Source: Entomortierella parvispora E1425
Lineage: Eukaryota; Fungi; Mortierellomycota
Direction: 5' to 3'
Length of the DNA: 64,000 nucleotides
NCBI GenBank assembly: GCA_020891255.1
Contig: BQFW01000011.1
Coordinates: 1,736,001-1,800,000, forward strand
Every line of letters starts with the position of its first letter. Within the stretch, counting starts at the first letter, position 1. Made by a program: the position numbers and the translations under genes. A model generated the notes under the pieces. The model had not been told where the DNA came from, made no database searches, and saw nothing but the letters and a program-made list of their open reading frames with translations. This document shows, one piece after another, positions 61,302 through 64,000 of the stretch.

Positions 61302-64000
61302 TTACAGTCGATTACTTTCGCTGCGTTGTCGAAACCGAATCTCATCATCAAGGGCCACCAAACCACAGACGGATCCCGATCGAAACAGGTCTGCAACCGT
61401 GAGGACGTTGGACATTTGGCTATAGAACCGCTTGTGACCCCGAGCCAGTGTATCTGCTGTTGCCGCCGTTGCTACTGCACTGTTGATCGAACTGGAAGCC
61501 AACGACCCTGCTGCTGAAGAAGACGCCATAGTATGCTCAAAAGCATTATAGTGGTGCAATTGGCCGACAGTTGATGGTGCAAAAGAGCTCATATTGAATT
61601 CCGACATGGATCGCGTATGTAATGAGGATGCCGTGGTCGAATTTGAGAAGGCTTGTTGACGAAGTAATCGCTCCAACTCCTGTTCCTTGGTTCGCATCTT
61701 TGTCTCGGCTTGGATCAGCAACGCCAAAATGTTTTCGTGATTCGCCTCCAATGCAGACTTGTAGGCTGCTCCGTCGTCCAGTCGATGGTTTGCGCCGTAC
61801 CGTAAAAGAACCCGAACAGCAGCCTCATGGCCGCGCTGACATGCAACCTGTAATGGTGTTCCCTCATGAATATTCACATCAGCCCCGTAATCCAGGAGGA
61901 TCTCCAGTATCCGGTCGTGACCTTTGTTGGCGGCTTTCCGCAAAGCACTACAGCTTCCCCACATAGGATCGGCACCATATTCGCACAAGGTCCTTACAAT
62001 CTCCTCTGCACCTTCTTCGGCAGCGGTCCTGAGGGACCCTCCAGCAAAAACTTCCATATCTGCACCTGCTTGGAGAAGTACCCTAAGTATCTCTGTATGG
62101 CCCTTCTGAGCGGCCATCTCGGCTGCATTCTCTCTGAACGCGTGAACATTGGCTCCATAATCCAACAGAAGTTGAACCATCCGAAGGTCATTCCCGAGGA
62201 CTGCGTATCGGAGCGCTCTATCTTCGTCCTTTTGTACCAAAAGTCCACCTGCCAAGACGAGTTTGGCTCTTCGAGTGGCGGGGGTGGCGCTGTGAAAGAC
62301 CGAGGATTCTTGCTCTAATTGCGCACCTCGATCCTGGGCATAGTCCAGTAAAGCTTTGACAGTGTCGTAATGTGATTGTGAATAGGCCACCTCAAAGGCC
62401 TTGTTAAGTCCATATTCTGAGGGTACATAGTCCGGCTGTTGCAGTAACACAGTGGCGATTTCTAATCGCATTGTCGTATGACAATGTGCAAGGGAAAAAA
62501 AGAGAGGTCAGGCCCAGCAAATACTTTGGACGTTGAATGTGATCACACCCTCATTGTTGCTTTGTTGACGTTGATCCCACGGTGTTGAAGTGTTTGCTAT
62601 TCTTGGTCGATGACAGGCCCTAACCACATTGTGCAGCACATCAAGAAGGGAATCGTCCCGCTCTGTGCAACTCCAGAATGACAATGGCGCAATACCAGGA
62701 TCCTGCTCAAAATGATTCAGCTCCAAAAAAAAAAAAAAAAAAAAGTCCGATGATCATTTTCGACATGCTTCCTTGTTCTCACGATTCTACTGCATGTCTG
62801 TCCGCGTGCTTGCTGGACTCGGTTGATGGTTTTCGAGTCGAGCGTTGTGTGAAGGATGATGTCGGCCTTTCTTACCATAGCACCCGTTCTGAGCCGCTTC
62901 CCGCAAGGACCAGTCATGATTGAGTTTGAGGTCCAGTCTTGGCTGACACTGGAGAATTTGGATCACCAGATCCTTGCATCCCTTTGCGCATGCCCACCGG
63001 AAGCTGTCGTGTGGTTAAGTTCAAATGAGAGGTAAGTAAGAGCAACAGAAGACATGCATGGCCAATGAAACCAACGATGGCTCAACAGCGATCCCCAAGA
63101 AGACGAATAACAACAACAGCTCCAATCCAATCCTAGCCTTGTCCATCCGCGTGCATGCTGTTATCGATTAAAAGACTAAAAAAAAAGGCCCAAGCTGACA
63201 AAGTGCCCATGTGCACAATGATGGTGGGGTTCCACTGGACTGGTCCTGATCGAATGCACGGCAGACACGTCTTTCTTATGCTTCTTTCTCAACCCGTTCT
63301 CTCTATTGTTGCTCTTCTTCCCCCCCTTCTTTGACGCCCAACGTCTTGCTTCCCCCTCCTCAAGGGACTGTGGGTAAATGACGGTAAAAAGAAAAAACAA
63401 AAGAAAAAAGCTAATTCTGACCGCAACAGGTCTGCTGCCTTGGTCGCAGCGTGTTTTTGCTCTCGCCTCTCTTTTCTCTTTTCTTCTGGTCCCTTTTGTT
63501 GATCGCCCTCTTTTTTTGCTTTTTGTTGTTTGTCCTGTTATCGCCTGCTTGATCTCTGTCCAACAGAATTCCACCGTTGGGCCATCCCCCTACTTTCACA
63601 GGCGGACCTTTGTGTGCTTGGTCATTTTGCTGCCACCCCTTGTCACTTTTGGGGAATAAAAGTTATAAAATGACCTTCTCTGTCACTTGTCACTCTCTTC
63701 TGATTGCCTTGGAATAGAACAAAGTCCAGTTGGTGCTCTGGCGTGGCCCAAGCTCCTTTTTTGTTAAACGATCCTTACCACTCGAGTGATCATCTTCATT
63801 AATTATTCCTCTCTTTTTCCTTCTTCCTTCCTCCCAACCCATTGCCTCACACGATCGAACTAAAAAAACAATATAGCAAAAAAATACGAGACAAACATGA
63901 AGGGACAGCATGAAGGGAAAGCATGATAACTTACATGAACTCTGTTGGGTCTCGGAATGAGGCCCCCTTCGCGATCAAGAACGAGACCACGTTGGCGTTG
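61302..64000 (-). CDS. Ankyrin-repeat protein; 5' part lies beyond the window
   Basis: Last exon 62462-61302 has repeats ALRYAVLGND-MVQLLLDYGANVH, SLRTAAEEG and TPLQVACQRGHEAAVRVLL. An upstream exon near 63000-62872 reads RWACAKG...LREAAQNGCY, and the window-edge exon reads NANVVSFLIAKGA. Intermediate exon structure is uncertain. Confidence 0.85.

Noticed and set aside
1-64000. tRNA, rRNA, CRISPR, LTR or prokaryotic operon signals
   Set aside because: GTTCGA hits all fall within coding or intron context without cloverleaf stems. There are no repeat-spacer arrays or long direct terminal repeats.

Overview
Eukaryotic, intron-rich fungal genomic DNA. Gene content, intron sizes of about 70-750 nt with GTAAG donors, CTRAC branch points and YAG acceptors, and long A/T homopolymer tracts suggest an early-diverging fungus such as Mortierellaceae/Mucoromycota; this is inference. 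About 23 host protein-coding genes were reconstructed by hand: a long disordered protein (runs off the left edge), DHA2 MFS transporter, BTB protein, intronless F-box protein, Ppn1 endopolyphosphatase, URC1/Urg1-like GTP cyclohydrolase II, septin, HAP5/NF-YC, Pmp3, PTPA (Rrd2-like), securin candidate, HOM6, GUP1, class-2 lipase, Mo25/Hym1, Got1, FOL1, ADP-ribosylglycohydrolase, a Pho80/CNPPD1-like cyclin, an S8 subtilase and an ankyrin-repeat protein (runs off the right edge). I found no tRNA, rRNA or CRISPR array. The most notable structure is a 1805-bp IS630/Tc1/mariner DNA transposon (53086-54890). It has 28-bp imperfect TIRs, TATA on both flanks and an intact transposase with a DD86E spacing. 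It sits inside intron 2 of the cyclin gene, between the branch point and the 3' splice site. One TIR supplies an in-frame ATG for the cyclin's last exon. The other creates tandem splice acceptors, one of which would fuse the cyclin's N-terminal exons in frame to the transposase. Splice models are by eye and need RNA-seq.
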